64,000 bases of DNA from a virus. Below, piece by piece: positions 17,784 through 27,321 of the stretch (position 1 is the first letter of the stretch; the number at the start of each line of letters is the position of its first letter). The position numbers and the translations under genes were made by a program. The notes beneath the pieces are model-generated. The model saw only the letters and a list, made by a program, of their open reading frames with translations, made no database searches and was not told where the DNA came from. Where the stretch lies: the IMG/VR virus record IMGVR_UViG_3300020439_002657, positions 7,573-71,572 of that record; one strand, 5' to 3'.

Positions 17784-20700
17784 GAATCAACCTGTAGATT
17801 CGGCTCTTGTATACCGACTTCCCCAGCGATGAATCAACCAGCTTGGAAACGTGTTCATCTACCATCTGGTCGATGCTCTTGTTGGGACGGCTTTTCTCGT
17901 ACTCTTCTTTTTCTCGTCGGTAGCGCTCAACCAGTTCTGATTCAAGCTCCTCTTTTTTCTTTGATGAATCTGCCTTCATTTGAGCGATTTCTTTTTCAAG
18001 AGCCTCCGCCTGAGAACGGAGCTTTTCCACGGTCAGACCTTTCTGCTCCATCATAGTCTCATGCTCGACCTTGTCGCGTTTCAGACGACTGAGTTTCGAT
18101 TTGATACGGTTCGCATCCTCCGCGTGGAATCGTCCAAGTGTTGAGTTCTTGCCGTACATTTCGGCCCAGCGCTGTGACCGCTTCAGTGACTCTTCGGCAT
18201 CTCGAATGCGTCGGTCCAGATTTTCAGCTCGATTCAGGGTCGATAGGAGAATGTTCCGGTCGGTGGTCTTATCCTTGATGGCGGCCAGGCGCTGCGTCTC
18301 ATCTTCCGATGCAACCAGCCTGGCCTTTTTCTCCGGGTCAGTCACGATCTCGTATTTCAGCTCATCAGGATTGATGTCCGTGGTTTCAATAAACGGGGAT
18401 CCAGTTGCCTTAAAGATATCGTTGATTCGGGAGACTTTTTCGGCATGCTTCTGGTACAGCTTTGTGTCGATGGAGTTCTCCATCACCGGGTAGAACATGT
18501 GGCAACGCTCCTGGGTGTTCCCCTGGCGCCATCCACGCCCTTTTTTCTGCTCATTCGAGGTCGGATTCCATGCCAGGCTGCAGTTATACATGACCCCCGT
18601 ATTTTTCTGAAGGGACACTCCTTCCTGGATCGTATCGGAGCCGATTATGATTTTCGTTTTGCCATTCGGATCATTGAAGTCGAACTTGATTTCTTCGAAT
18701 CGGCTTTGCCCCTTCGCCTTGGCTTCCTTGCTCCTGGCCTTTTTCCCCTTCTCCTTCGGCGTCATGATCTCGATGGCATCCTCCGGGATTCCCTGGGAAA
18801 CCATGTAAGACTTCACTTCGTTGAAATACTCAACGCCTCGGGGTAAAAAGATGATTTGGCCCGGAGCATTCCCCTGGGCTTCTTTCATCCGTTTGTAGTA
18901 CTCGGCAGCGGATTTGGCCACAAACTTCATCTTGGGACTGCGTTCGACGAAATCCTGTCGGTTATCGTTGAATTGATAGTCGTTTACGAGGGCCGGACTG
19001 ATATTCAAGTTTTGCTGCATGGTCATGGACCGAAGTGCAGCGGAGGGATCTCGCTCCTCGGGATCGGGGTGGAAAGCCATATCATAATAGTTCTCCAGGC
19101 TCTGGCGGATCTGATCCATTTCCTTGTTGGAAGGAAGAACGATCTCCTTCTCTACCAGGTCCGGCCGTTTGATATGCGCGTCCTCTCCGGTCTTTCGATC
19201 AAAGAATTCATTGATGAGTGAGGCAAAGGCGTGGGCATTCTTGAAGCGGCGGACCGTCTGCTTCTCTTTGATTTTTCCGTTGGGCTCCAGCACCTTTTCG
19301 GTCTGAGTCTCTACAAAGGCCGCCACGAAGTCCTTTACGTTGTAGATCCCCATCTTCTGGAGGCGTTCTCTGGCCATCGTGGAGAGTAGGGAGTAGACCT
19401 GAAGCGGATTGTTCGTAAACGGAGTGGCTGTGAGCATCATTACGTTGCGGTTGTCGTTGGACTTGAGCACATGCTGGGCCGCCAGCCACATCTTTAACCC
19501 ACGGTCGCTGGTTGCTCCTCCAATGATGCCTGAGAATTCGTTCGCCTGGGTCTTGACCTTCCCAGTTTCCGGATCCTTTTCCTGTTTTACATCGGCAAAG
19601 ATATTGTTAAAGTTATGGGCTTCATCCACTGTCAGAGAGTCAAAGCCCGCTTCATCAAAGAGTATATCATTGTACGTCCCGGTTTTTGCTCTCGAAGCAA
19701 AGGCCTCTGCCTGGTTTTCCTTGGCCGCCTTTGCTCGTTTATTCTTCGGATCGTCTGAATAGGTTGCGTGGGCATCCTGGAGGTCCTTTGTAAGCTCATT
19801 GAAACGCTCTTCGGTGAAGCCCATCCGCTGAAAAGCATCGTAAGACATGACGGTCACGGATCCTTCTTCGATTTCCAGTTGCTTGCCGCCTTGGGTCATT
19901 TGATTCAGCTCGGGAGTTCCGATCGTATTCACCGTGAGATTCGGATAGAGCGATTTAACGGAGGCCTCCCAATTCGGTAATACGGAGGTTGGCACCACGA
20001 ACAGAGGCCTCTTTGACCGCCCCATTTGCATATTGGATACGGTGGCAATAATGCCTGTCATGGTTTTGCCCAACCCTACCTCGTGCGCTGCGCAACCGAT
20101 GCCTTTTGACAGAAAGTTGGCAATGAATCGATGCTGGACATCTCTCAGTTCATAGTCTTTACCCTTGAACTTTTCGTTCAATCCCTCAATCGGAATTGGC
20201 ACCTTCGCCGGATCTACCTGAACATAGGCGTTGAAGCGTTCATTCCAGGCCTGCTGGATCTGGTTCTGCTCGGCCTCACCCAGGGATTCCTTGACAAACC
20301 TGTCTGCCAGCTTCATTGCCAACTCCCGGCGTTCTCGCCGGATTCTCTCATTCAGGCTCTTGTTGTTGCCCCGGACAGGTATGGCATCACAGTAAGCCCG
20401 AACGTCGCTGGCTGAGGCCGCGTAGTCCATAAATGTCTCGTAGTCCAGATCACCGACCCATTCCTTGAACCGGTCGAGAAGGGAACTTCCGTCATCCAGG
20501 GTGACTGTCTTGAAGAAAGGATCGATTGGATCCAGAACTACGTCCTTCAGAGGCGTTTGCTCCGGAATGGCTTCTTCGAGCATCTGGCGCTGCTTCTGGT
20601 ATAGTTGCAGGCCACCTTTCTCGATGATCTCTTCCCTGTCCGATTCCAGTTGCTTCAGCTTTTCATAAATATCGCCCGTGGCATACAGGTAGTCGGGCAT

Positions 20701-23700
20701 TGCACCGCCATTGTGGAATGACATCGACTTCGGATCGAATGGCGTCTGGGGATCAATGTATCCGAGAGCATTGGTGCTTTTCAGCAATTCGACATCCAAC
20801 TCGCTGAAGTTCAGACCGTATTTCTTGTTGAACTCCGCCTGATTCAGGAGCTTCGGGGGAGGACTCTGCTTTTCTCTCGCCGTATTCTTCGTTTTCCTCG
20901 TCGCATTTCGGACGGCTTTCTTCTTAACCGTCTTCCGATTTGAACTGGCTACCTTGTGCTTCCCCTTTGCGTTCTGGTTTCCGATCAATCCCCTGGAGAT
21001 TGCATCCTTGTGGGCTTTTGATATCTCCTTCGGGGCCGCCGGTCTATGATTGAGAAAGGTATCTATATTGCCCTTTGTCCGCAGGTCTGGCTTGCCCCAG
21101 CGATCTGTCGTCTCGTGCTCCTCTCCGTGAAGATGATTCGGGTTCCGCTTGAAGTATTCATCCCCGAAGGCAATCGCATTGTCTTTGTGCTCCGTAGTAT
21201 TCTTTCTAAGGATGATCAGATCCGTGCCGATGTCCGTATGAGCAAAAGTGCCATTCGGCAATCGGTGGGCTTCCAGGAGTTCTGCTTTGTTGAATATCTT
21301 CTCCTTTGCTTTGGTCTTCCCCTTTCGGAGAAAGTTGGAAGGAACGACCATTGCAACTATGCCGCCTTCCTTCACGGTGTCGAGGGAGCGATGGAGGAAG
21401 TATTCCTCATAGCGCTGCCAGCCTCGACCTTCGGATGCCTTGTATTTTCCTCCCATTTCGCCGTAGGGCGGGTTCGTTACCACGGCATCGTACAGAGGGC
21501 CATCGTATTGCTTCTTGGATCGGTTCCGGTTATCCAGGAACAGCTCTTCGAATTGCCCCTTCCGGACGCTTGCATCCGGGTGCAGAATACCGGCAATCTG
21601 ACTTGAAGTGTCGTCTACCTCCAGCATGTCGAAACTGTAGTCCGGTCGTCCCTCTGCGAATCGTCCGGTCCCGGCAGCGGGTTCGAGAATCTTGCTCCCT
21701 TTGGGGATATATCGCTCCAATAGCTCCCAGGACTTGTTTACGACCTTCTCAGGAGTATAAAACTCATAAAGAAGTCCCTTGCCGGAGTAGTCCGTTTTAT
21801 CATTTCGGGTCTGCCCGCCCCAGCCTTCGTACTGACGAAGGAGTTCCTTCTGCTCCTCGGTCATCTTTTCCGGTGGCACAGATTTCAGGATCTGTCGGAC
21901 CTCTTCATTGATTGCATGCTGAGTCTTGACGCCGACCCGTGCTTTACCTGTTTCGACGCTTGCCCTTATGCGGGATTCTCGAATCTGAGACTCCTTTCTT
22001 GTTTCCAGGAGAGAGACCCGAGCTTCGTTGCGTTGATCCAGGTCTTCCTGAACTTCTGGAGGATGCACCCTGGAGTTTGCGTATTCCAGCATGTCGCTGG
22101 AACGATTTCCGTAGGCTTCCCGGGCGGACTCTTCAAGGTCCCGTTCTGCTGCATTATACCTTTCTTCAGCCTTCTCTATTGAACGAGGATCGCTCTGGAT
22201 CGATTCGGACCATTGCTCATGGATGAAGCGAAGCAAATCTTTCCGGAACGGTGCTGGGTTCGGAGTGCTAACGGTTCCTTTCGAGCCCGAGTCCTTTGCA
22301 GAGTTCGCCGGAGTTTCCGATGGCTCCTGGAAGAGGCTCTGTTGCGAAAAAAGGTCTTCGTATTTGTCACGGTGGAGCAAATACTCAACCAGATGATCCA
22401 CAAAAGTTCCGGCATCCAGGTTCGGGAATCGCTCGGACGCCCGCTTCCAGAGGGATCGTGCCTTATCTCCCTTGACTTCCGACTCTATCTCATCCGGTAT
22501 ATTCCTGACATCCGCAGGGCTCAAATCCTGCTCTCGGTTGTCGGCAGGCCCCCTGGCAACTCCCAGCAGCTGCTCCCGGATCTTTTTGTAGTTGGTGACT
22601 AAGTAAGGGTAAGTAGCACCAATGCTACCCTGATCGTTTTCTCCTTCGATGGGTTTCCCCTTCTTGTCGGTTAGAGAATTCAAGGCCATGTACAGGCCGG
22701 ATTCTTTGAACAGATTCCCGAGGACATCGATGAATTTCCCTCTGCGTTTCAGAGTGAACTCCCCGATTTGTTCCGCCTGAGCCTGGTTGGTTTCATCGGG
22801 GTTCACGTAAACTGTCTGTTTGTGACCCTTCTTGTTGGTTATTACCTTGCGCACGAGGTGAGCCCGATTCCTCGCCGATTTGCCTTTGCCTTTGCCTTTG
22901 GCCTTGAGGACTTCCAGAAACCTGGTTTTATCGATTACCCGTGTCTTTCTATGGGCCGACTTTAGAACATGAATGGCGTCCTGGCTGGCTTCAATCACTG
23001 CCATTGAGCGGGCGAATGCGAGACTATGGTTCGATGATTCCTCTTTGATCTTGTTGAAATTCTGCTCCAGAGTACGCTTGACTGTTTCCAGATCATTCAT
23101 CAGTGCCGATAGCTGATCCATTTTTGAGCGAAACCCGGACTCACCTTCCGTGGCCACGAGGCTGTTGGACAGCTCTTTGAGTGTAGATTCGTTTAGGGAG
23201 CCAACAGAGTCTCCGAGAAGGCGCTGAAACGAACTCTGCACGTTATTCAGGAACTTGTCTATTTGCGCTGTGTTTCGTTTTGCCTTTTCTTCCGAACCGA
23301 GACTCTGAACAGCCTGCTTCTCGGCTTCCGTACGGGTTTCATCTACGGACCAAATTTGATCGGAGTTCTGCGACTTGAGCTCCTGCATGTAGCTAATCAC
23401 TTCAGCAGCTCCAAATCCACGATGTCGGTTGGCATTGTAGAATCGGTGGGCCTTGTTCTGGATGGTTGCGTTTTTAGACCCGTCTGGATTCAGGCCATGA
23501 GTTCCGATCGCTTCCGCGATACCTACGGGCAGACTTCGGTCCTTTTTCTCGATCAGCTTTTGAAGGTCACTGTGGAGCCCGGTCAATGCTTTGCGTCGCC
23601 GGACAGTTCCCGGATTCATTCCGGTCTTTTCTGCGATTTCTGAAACACTGTGGCCCATCTCGGTTAGCTCTCCGATGGCCCGGGCCTCATCCAATGGATT

Positions 23701-24525
23701 GACAGTGCGGCGAACATTCTCCGACATTTGCGCCATAAGTCGGTCGCCTTTGCTTCCATACTGCTTTACGATGACGGGAATCTGAAAATTGTCCGGTAGT
23801 TTCCCTTCGCTGATAAGTTCCTTTACCGCTGTGAATCGGTGGTGCCCCGAAACGATATTGTAGGTTCCGTTGTCCGTATCGACCTGAAGAGGGAAGGCCG
23901 GATTGTAACCATTCCGGAGGATGCTGGCCTTGATGCCATCGATTGTCTTTCTGTCGTAGTTGCGCTTGTCTGTGTACTGAGACAGCTCCCGGATCTGGTC
24001 ATGACCAACGAAGGAGAGAGCGGTTGCCGGGGAATCCGATGCTGTCCGGTCTTTTCCCTCAGTGGGCTCCGGCTTCTCTTTGTTGAAGGCTTCTGACTGC
24101 TCGGATTCAACAGGTGCCCCGGATAGAGGATCCTTTCCTGAAGCCCGAGCCTGCTCTTGTGCCGCATGCCACTTCTTCTGGGCCTCCATCCGTTTTCTCT
24201 TTGCAGCCTCTACTGCAGGTGGATGGGGACCCGGAGAATACCGCTTGTCTCCCGCTTGCTTGCCATAGGCCTCTTCCAGCGCTGCACTGAATTCTGCATC
24301 GGCCCTTTGAAACTCCTTTCGAGCCTCCGCGACAGGGGATAGAGCCTGTGATTGTTTTTGTGGGGCAGAAGGTGGACTTCCAGACTTATCTGGTTTAACG
24401 TATACTGTTTGCTTGTGGCCCCGTCGGTTTGTGATGACCTTGCGAATGAGATGCGCTCTGGAACGGGGGCCTGCCATAGCAGCCCCCATCCGTTCTTTCA
24501 ACACTTGCAGGAATTTCCGACGCAT
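17737..24525 (-). CDS. Giant polyvalent protein: ParB-like domain + N6-adenine MTase + SNF2-type helicase (DarB-like)
   Basis: 2262 aa; ParB: IVSGHHRFTA, SENVRR, HTH; MTase: FYTP, ILEPAAGTGRF, VTNPPYG; helicase: AHEVGLGKT, DEAH, TATPFTN. Confidence 0.9.
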   Translation of the reverse strand: MRRKFLQVLKERMGAAMAGPRSRAHLIRKVITNRRGHKQTVYVKPDKSGSPPSAPQKQSQALSPVAEARKEFQRADAEFSAALEEAYGKQAGDKRYSPGPHPPAVEAAKRKRMEAQKKWHAAQEQARASGKDPLSGAPVESEQSEAFNKEKPEPTEGKDRTASDSPATALSFVGHDQIRELSQYTDKRNYDRKTIDGIKASILRNGYNPAFPLQVDTDNGTYNIVSGHHRFTAVKELISEGKLPDNFQIPVIVKQYGSKGDRLMAQMSENVRRTVNPLDEARAIGELTEMGHSVSEIAEKTGMNPGTVRRRKALTGLHSDLQKLIEKKDRSLPVGIAEAIGTHGLNPDGSKNATIQNKAHRFYNANRHRGFGAAEVISYMQELKSQNSDQIWSVDETRTEAEKQAVQSLGSEEKAKRNTAQIDKFLNNVQSSFQRLLGDSVGSLNESTLKELSNSLVATEGESGFRSKMDQLSALMNDLETVKRTLEQNFNKIKEESSNHSLAFARSMAVIEASQDAIHVLKSAHRKTRVIDKTRFLEVLKAKGKGKGKSARNRAHLVRKVITNKKGHKQTVYVNPDETNQAQAEQIGEFTLKRRGKFIDVLGNLFKESGLYMALNSLTDKKGKPIEGENDQGSIGATYPYLVTNYKKIREQLLGVARGPADNREQDLSPADVRNIPDEIESEVKGDKARSLWKRASERFPNLDAGTFVDHLVEYLLHRDKYEDLFSQQSLFQEPSETPANSAKDSGSKGTVSTPNPAPFRKDLLRFIHEQWSESIQSDPRSIEKAEERYNAAERDLEESAREAYGNRSSDMLEYANSRVHPPEVQEDLDQRNEARVSLLETRKESQIRESRIRASVETGKARVGVKTQHAINEEVRQILKSVPPEKMTEEQKELLRQYEGWGGQTRNDKTDYSGKGLLYEFYTPEKVVNKSWELLERYIPKGSKILEPAAGTGRFAEGRPDYSFDMLEVDDTSSQIAGILHPDASVRKGQFEELFLDNRNRSKKQYDGPLYDAVVTNPPYGEMGGKYKASEGRGWQRYEEYFLHRSLDTVKEGGIVAMVVPSNFLRKGKTKAKEKIFNKAELLEAHRLPNGTFAHTDIGTDLIILRKNTTEHKDNAIAFGDEYFKRNPNHLHGEEHETTDRWGKPDLRTKGNIDTFLNHRPAAPKEISKAHKDAISRGLIGNQNAKGKHKVASSNRKTVKKKAVRNATRKTKNTAREKQSPPPKLLNQAEFNKKYGLNFSELDVELLKSTNALGYIDPQTPFDPKSMSFHNGGAMPDYLYATGDIYEKLKQLESDREEIIEKGGLQLYQKQRQMLEEAIPEQTPLKDVVLDPIDPFFKTVTLDDGSSLLDRFKEWVGDLDYETFMDYAASASDVRAYCDAIPVRGNNKSLNERIRRERRELAMKLADRFVKESLGEAEQNQIQQAWNERFNAYVQVDPAKVPIPIEGLNEKFKGKDYELRDVQHRFIANFLSKGIGCAAHEVGLGKTMTGIIATVSNMQMGRSKRPLFVVPTSVLPNWEASVKSLYPNLTVNTIGTPELNQMTQGGKQLEIEEGSVTVMSYDAFQRMGFTEERFNELTKDLQDAHATYSDDPKNKRAKAAKENQAEAFASRAKTGTYNDILFDEAGFDSLTVDEAHNFNNIFADVKQEKDPETGKVKTQANEFSGIIGGATSDRGLKMWLAAQHVLKSNDNRNVMMLTATPFTNNPLQVYSLLSTMARERLQKMGIYNVKDFVAAFVETQTEKVLEPNGKIKEKQTVRRFKNAHAFASLINEFFDRKTGEDAHIKRPDLVEKEIVLPSNKEMDQIRQSLENYYDMAFHPDPEERDPSAALRSMTMQQNLNISPALVNDYQFNDNRQDFVERSPKMKFVAKSAAEYYKRMKEAQGNAPGQIIFLPRGVEYFNEVKSYMVSQGIPEDAIEIMTPKEKGKKARSKEAKAKGQSRFEEIKFDFNDPNGKTKIIIGSDTIQEGVSLQKNTGVMYNCSLAWNPTSNEQKKGRGWRQGNTQERCHMFYPVMENSIDTKLYQKHAEKVSRINDIFKATGSPFIETTDINPDELKYEIVTDPEKKARLVASEDETQRLAAIKDKTTDRNILLSTLNRAENLDRRIRDAEESLKRSQRWAEMYGKNSTLGRFHAEDANRIKSKLSRLKRDKVEHETMMEQKGLTVEKLRSQAEALEKEIAQMKADSSKKKEELESELVERYRREKEEYEKSRPNKSIDQMVDEHVSKLVDSSLGKSVYKSRIYRLIREGRTHERRHQAAAL

Positions 24526-24560
24526 GGCCGGATACTACGTTCAATCGACTTATCGGTCCA
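24526..24560 (-). promoter_or_regulatory. Putative phage late promoter
   Basis: TGGACC gataagtcgattgaacg TAGTAT ccggcc ATG. Confidence 0.75.
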
Positions 24561-25251
24561 CTTCGGCCAGCGCAGTAAGCTCGATTACAGTCTGAATCTC
24601 AAAGACAAGCCGGTCTGCATAGTGTACCGCATCCTTCAGTGAACCTGGATCCGGTTCGCCGTTCTCGTCTTTGTCCACCAGGGGCTCTGGATCGATAACT
24701 CGAGGTTTGTACTCTTTGCGTAGTTCCTTGTTGATTTTTTCGATATCCTTTCTGAGTTGTTTCGGTTGAACCAGAATGGAAAAGAAATCGAAGTGAATAG
24801 GCGGTATCAAGATGATCCAGGCATCCGGGCGAATCGCATGAAGTTCGCGGGCAGATTCCGGAACCGTTTTCATCTTTCGATGGAGAGCATTGTTGCCGCC
24901 AAGATTGCAGACCGTTTCAGCATCGCCAACAAGCCATAGGACGAGTTTCCCGATCCATGTTTCAAAGAAATCGACCCATTGGTCCAACCTCGATCCACCG
25001 ATACCGCCAGAAATGGCAACTACGTCAAAACCGATCATCACTTTCAAGCGGGACATTACCTCACTGTTCGAATCTCCGAACAGGAAGAGGCGTGGACCGC
25101 CTACGAGATAGGACAGCATTAACTGAACGACGAGTCTGGGGGCATAATGAATGATCTTGTCCCCGGCGCCGATCTTTCTGGGAATCAATCCCTTGATGGC
25201 AAACCAGAGACACTGGAAAATGAAATTCAGAGTCTTTTGGAGGGTTTTCAT
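24550..25251 (-). CDS. SGNH/GDSL hydrolase
   Basis: FGDSN, GIGGS, LGGNN, DAVH blocks; start set at ATG 25251 (MKTLQK) by late-promoter spacing; hydrophobic N-terminus. Confidence 0.8.
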   Translation of the reverse strand: MKTLQKTLNFIFQCLWFAIKGLIPRKIGAGDKIIHYAPRLVVQLMLSYLVGGPRLFLFGDSNSEVMSRLKVMIGFDVVAISGGIGGSRLDQWVDFFETWIGKLVLWLVGDAETVCNLGGNNALHRKMKTVPESARELHAIRPDAWIILIPPIHFDFFSILVQPKQLRKDIEKINKELRKEYKPRVIDPEPLVDKDENGEPDPGSLKDAVHYADRLVFEIQTVIELTALAEVDR

Positions 25252-25287
25252 GCACCCGAGTAGGCCATAGAAAAGGCTATCGGGGAA
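25252..25287 (-). promoter_or_regulatory. Putative phage late promoter
   Basis: TTCCCC gatagccttttctatgg CCTACT cgggtgc ATG. Confidence 0.6.
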
Positions 25288-25348
25288 CTGAGACAATCCC
25301 GACAATATTATTGACAAAACATGCCCTGTTTTTGTCCTGTAGGTTGTC

Positions 25349-26530
25349 ATGATTGAGTCCCACCCGTTCATATCCTTCAAGAAGAATTGGAGATTGGGTC
25401 CGAATGAGTGGTTCCAGTTGGGCCAATGCCAGGCTACCATAAAGGCGATCACCAGAACCCCCATTTCCCCGGCTTACAGAAAGAAACTGTATCTTGTGAG
25501 TCTCATTAAGGGCGCTCAAGCAACGACTGCGATCGAGGGCAATACTCTCTCTGAAGACGAAGTAGAACAAATAGCCGAAGGCAAATCGATGCCCGAGAGC
25601 AAGCGCTATATGGAACAGGAGGTAAGTAACGTTCTGGATGCGCTCCAGGCCATCCGCAATGAGATCATTGACGATGATCGCTCAGAAATCATTACAGGTG
25701 AGCTACTTCGAAGGTTTCATCGGCTAATAGGAAAGAATTTAGGGAAGGAGTTTGGAGCCACCCCCGGACGATTTCGAAAACGACATGTAGTCGTTGGGCA
25801 AGTGTATCGGGCACCGGACGCTCAGCATGTCAATGACTTGATCGATGCCTTTTGTCAATGGAGCTTGAAAGAGTTTCACTACCAGAAGGGGCAGGATTTT
25901 TCCACAGCAGTGATCCAGGCCATCGTCTCCCATGTGTATATCGCATGGATTCATCCTTTTGACGATGGCAATGGAAGGACGGCGCGCCTCTTGGAATTTT
26001 ATCTGTTACTTCGAGCAGGTGTCCCGGACCTGGCAGCACATATCTTGTCCAATCATTACAATCAGACCCGCAATGAATACTATCGTCAATTGAAGTCTTT
26101 ACAGAAAAAGAAAGGTGACCTTTCCGACTTTATCTCCTATGCCTTACAAGGCTTCAAAGACGGCCTAAGTGAAGTCTTAAAGACGGTTCAGAAGAGCCAG
26201 ATGGAAGTAGCGTGGAATGCTCACGTTCATCAGACTTTTGTCCAATTCGCAAGCATGCACGGAAGCAGGCCTGTTGAGAGAAGGCGGAAGTCACTCATTC
26301 TGTCTTTCTTACTGGATCAGGAGTATGCGATTGATGAAATTGCGGCGATTAATGAACCCATTCGGGTGCAATATGAAAATCTCTCCAGAAGGACTCTCCA
26401 AAGGGACATAGATGCCCTGCAAGTCATGGGACTCTTGAAGCTTGATTCTCAATCCGGAAAGTATCGGGCCTGGAGCGGAATACTGCAGGGTCAAATGGCC
26501 CACGTCAGGGACTCCCGAATCCTACATTAG
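25349..26530 (+). CDS. Fic family protein with C-terminal HTH
   Basis: HPFDDGNGRTAR Fic motif; ATTAIEGN inhibitory-helix motif; LSRRTLQRDIDAL HTH. Confidence 0.95.
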   Translation: MIESHPFISFKKNWRLGPNEWFQLGQCQATIKAITRTPISPAYRKKLYLVSLIKGAQATTAIEGNTLSEDEVEQIAEGKSMPESKRYMEQEVSNVLDALQAIRNEIIDDDRSEIITGELLRRFHRLIGKNLGKEFGATPGRFRKRHVVVGQVYRAPDAQHVNDLIDAFCQWSLKEFHYQKGQDFSTAVIQAIVSHVYIAWIHPFDDGNGRTARLLEFYLLLRAGVPDLAAHILSNHYNQTRNEYYRQLKSLQKKKGDLSDFISYALQGFKDGLSEVLKTVQKSQMEVAWNAHVHQTFVQFASMHGSRPVERRRKSLILSFLLDQEYAIDEIAAINEPIRVQYENLSRRTLQRDIDALQVMGLLKLDSQSGKYRAWSGILQGQMAHVRDSRILH

Positions 26531-27252
26531 TCGAAATACCTGGTCAGGAATTTTTCGACGTCCCTGGAGATCGCCTCCTGGAGTCGCGGATCCCTCCGGA
26601 CTGTCTTATCCACCTCTTTCTGGATTTCTGGTTCTATGCGCGCCCCCTGGATAGGTTTTTGAATCCACCCGGAGGAATTCTCCGAGACGGTCAGGAACTT
26701 GGCATAACTGTACTGCATCTCTCCGGATTTCACTGGCCCTTGCTCGAATGCATATACATTGCCCCGGCCAGAGCGGTCTTCAACCTTCCCGTATTTGATC
26801 CGCTTCTTTCCTTCTCGATCCATATAGTGGCCGGTCCTTCGGACGACACTATGGATCGTATTATTCTCCTCATTGACTTCGGAGCCGTCTTTGTTTCGGG
26901 TCATGGGGATAATGATATAGCGACCGTTCTTCCCCGTCCTTGCCCGGGGCGATCTAAGGAGGGCTGGTTTCATATCATAGGTTCCGCGCCCCTTTTCTAC
27001 CACTTCGAGGTAGTTGTATTTTCCGGCATTCGCATAGTAAATCTCCAGGCCACCGGGTACCTTGCGAATCAATAGGCCTCCACCGCCACCCGGCCCGGTC
27101 GAAAGTGCCATTCGGCCCCACCAGGAAGGTGTAAAGTTCCTGATGTAGCTCTCATACTTGGCCTTAGCAGCCCTGGTAAGGCTGTGCAGGTATTTTGCGG
27201 TCTGTGGGAATTCGCCGCGATCCAGTAGCCTTTGTAGGTTGATTGGTTGCAT
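26527..27252 (-). CDS. Putative neck/tail-completion protein
   Basis: VEKGRGTYDMKPALLRSPRAR.GKNGRYIIIP motif recalled from neck proteins of SPO1/K-like myoviruses; follows capsid gene. Confidence 0.6.
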   Translation of the reverse strand: MQPINLQRLLDRGEFPQTAKYLHSLTRAAKAKYESYIRNFTPSWWGRMALSTGPGGGGGLLIRKVPGGLEIYYANAGKYNYLEVVEKGRGTYDMKPALLRSPRARTGKNGRYIIIPMTRNKDGSEVNEENNTIHSVVRRTGHYMDREGKKRIKYGKVEDRSGRGNVYAFEQGPVKSGEMQYSYAKFLTVSENSSGWIQKPIQGARIEPEIQKEVDKTVRRDPRLQEAISRDVEKFLTRYFD

Positions 27253-27257
27253 GGCTC

Positions 27258-27285
27258 AAAAAAAGCCCCGGCAAACTGCCGGGGC
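27258..27285 (-). terminator. Rho-independent terminator after major capsid gene
   Basis: GCCCCGGCA-GTT-TGCCGGGGC followed by T7 on minus strand. Confidence 0.9.
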
Positions 27286-27321
27286 CGGGGGTATCTTGTT
27301 GGGAGTGATATGCCGGGAAGA

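Noticed and set aside
17737-24525. Intein in the helicase/giant protein (or in TerL)
   Set aside because: No C/S...HN-C splice motifs or LAGLIDADG blocks recognised.
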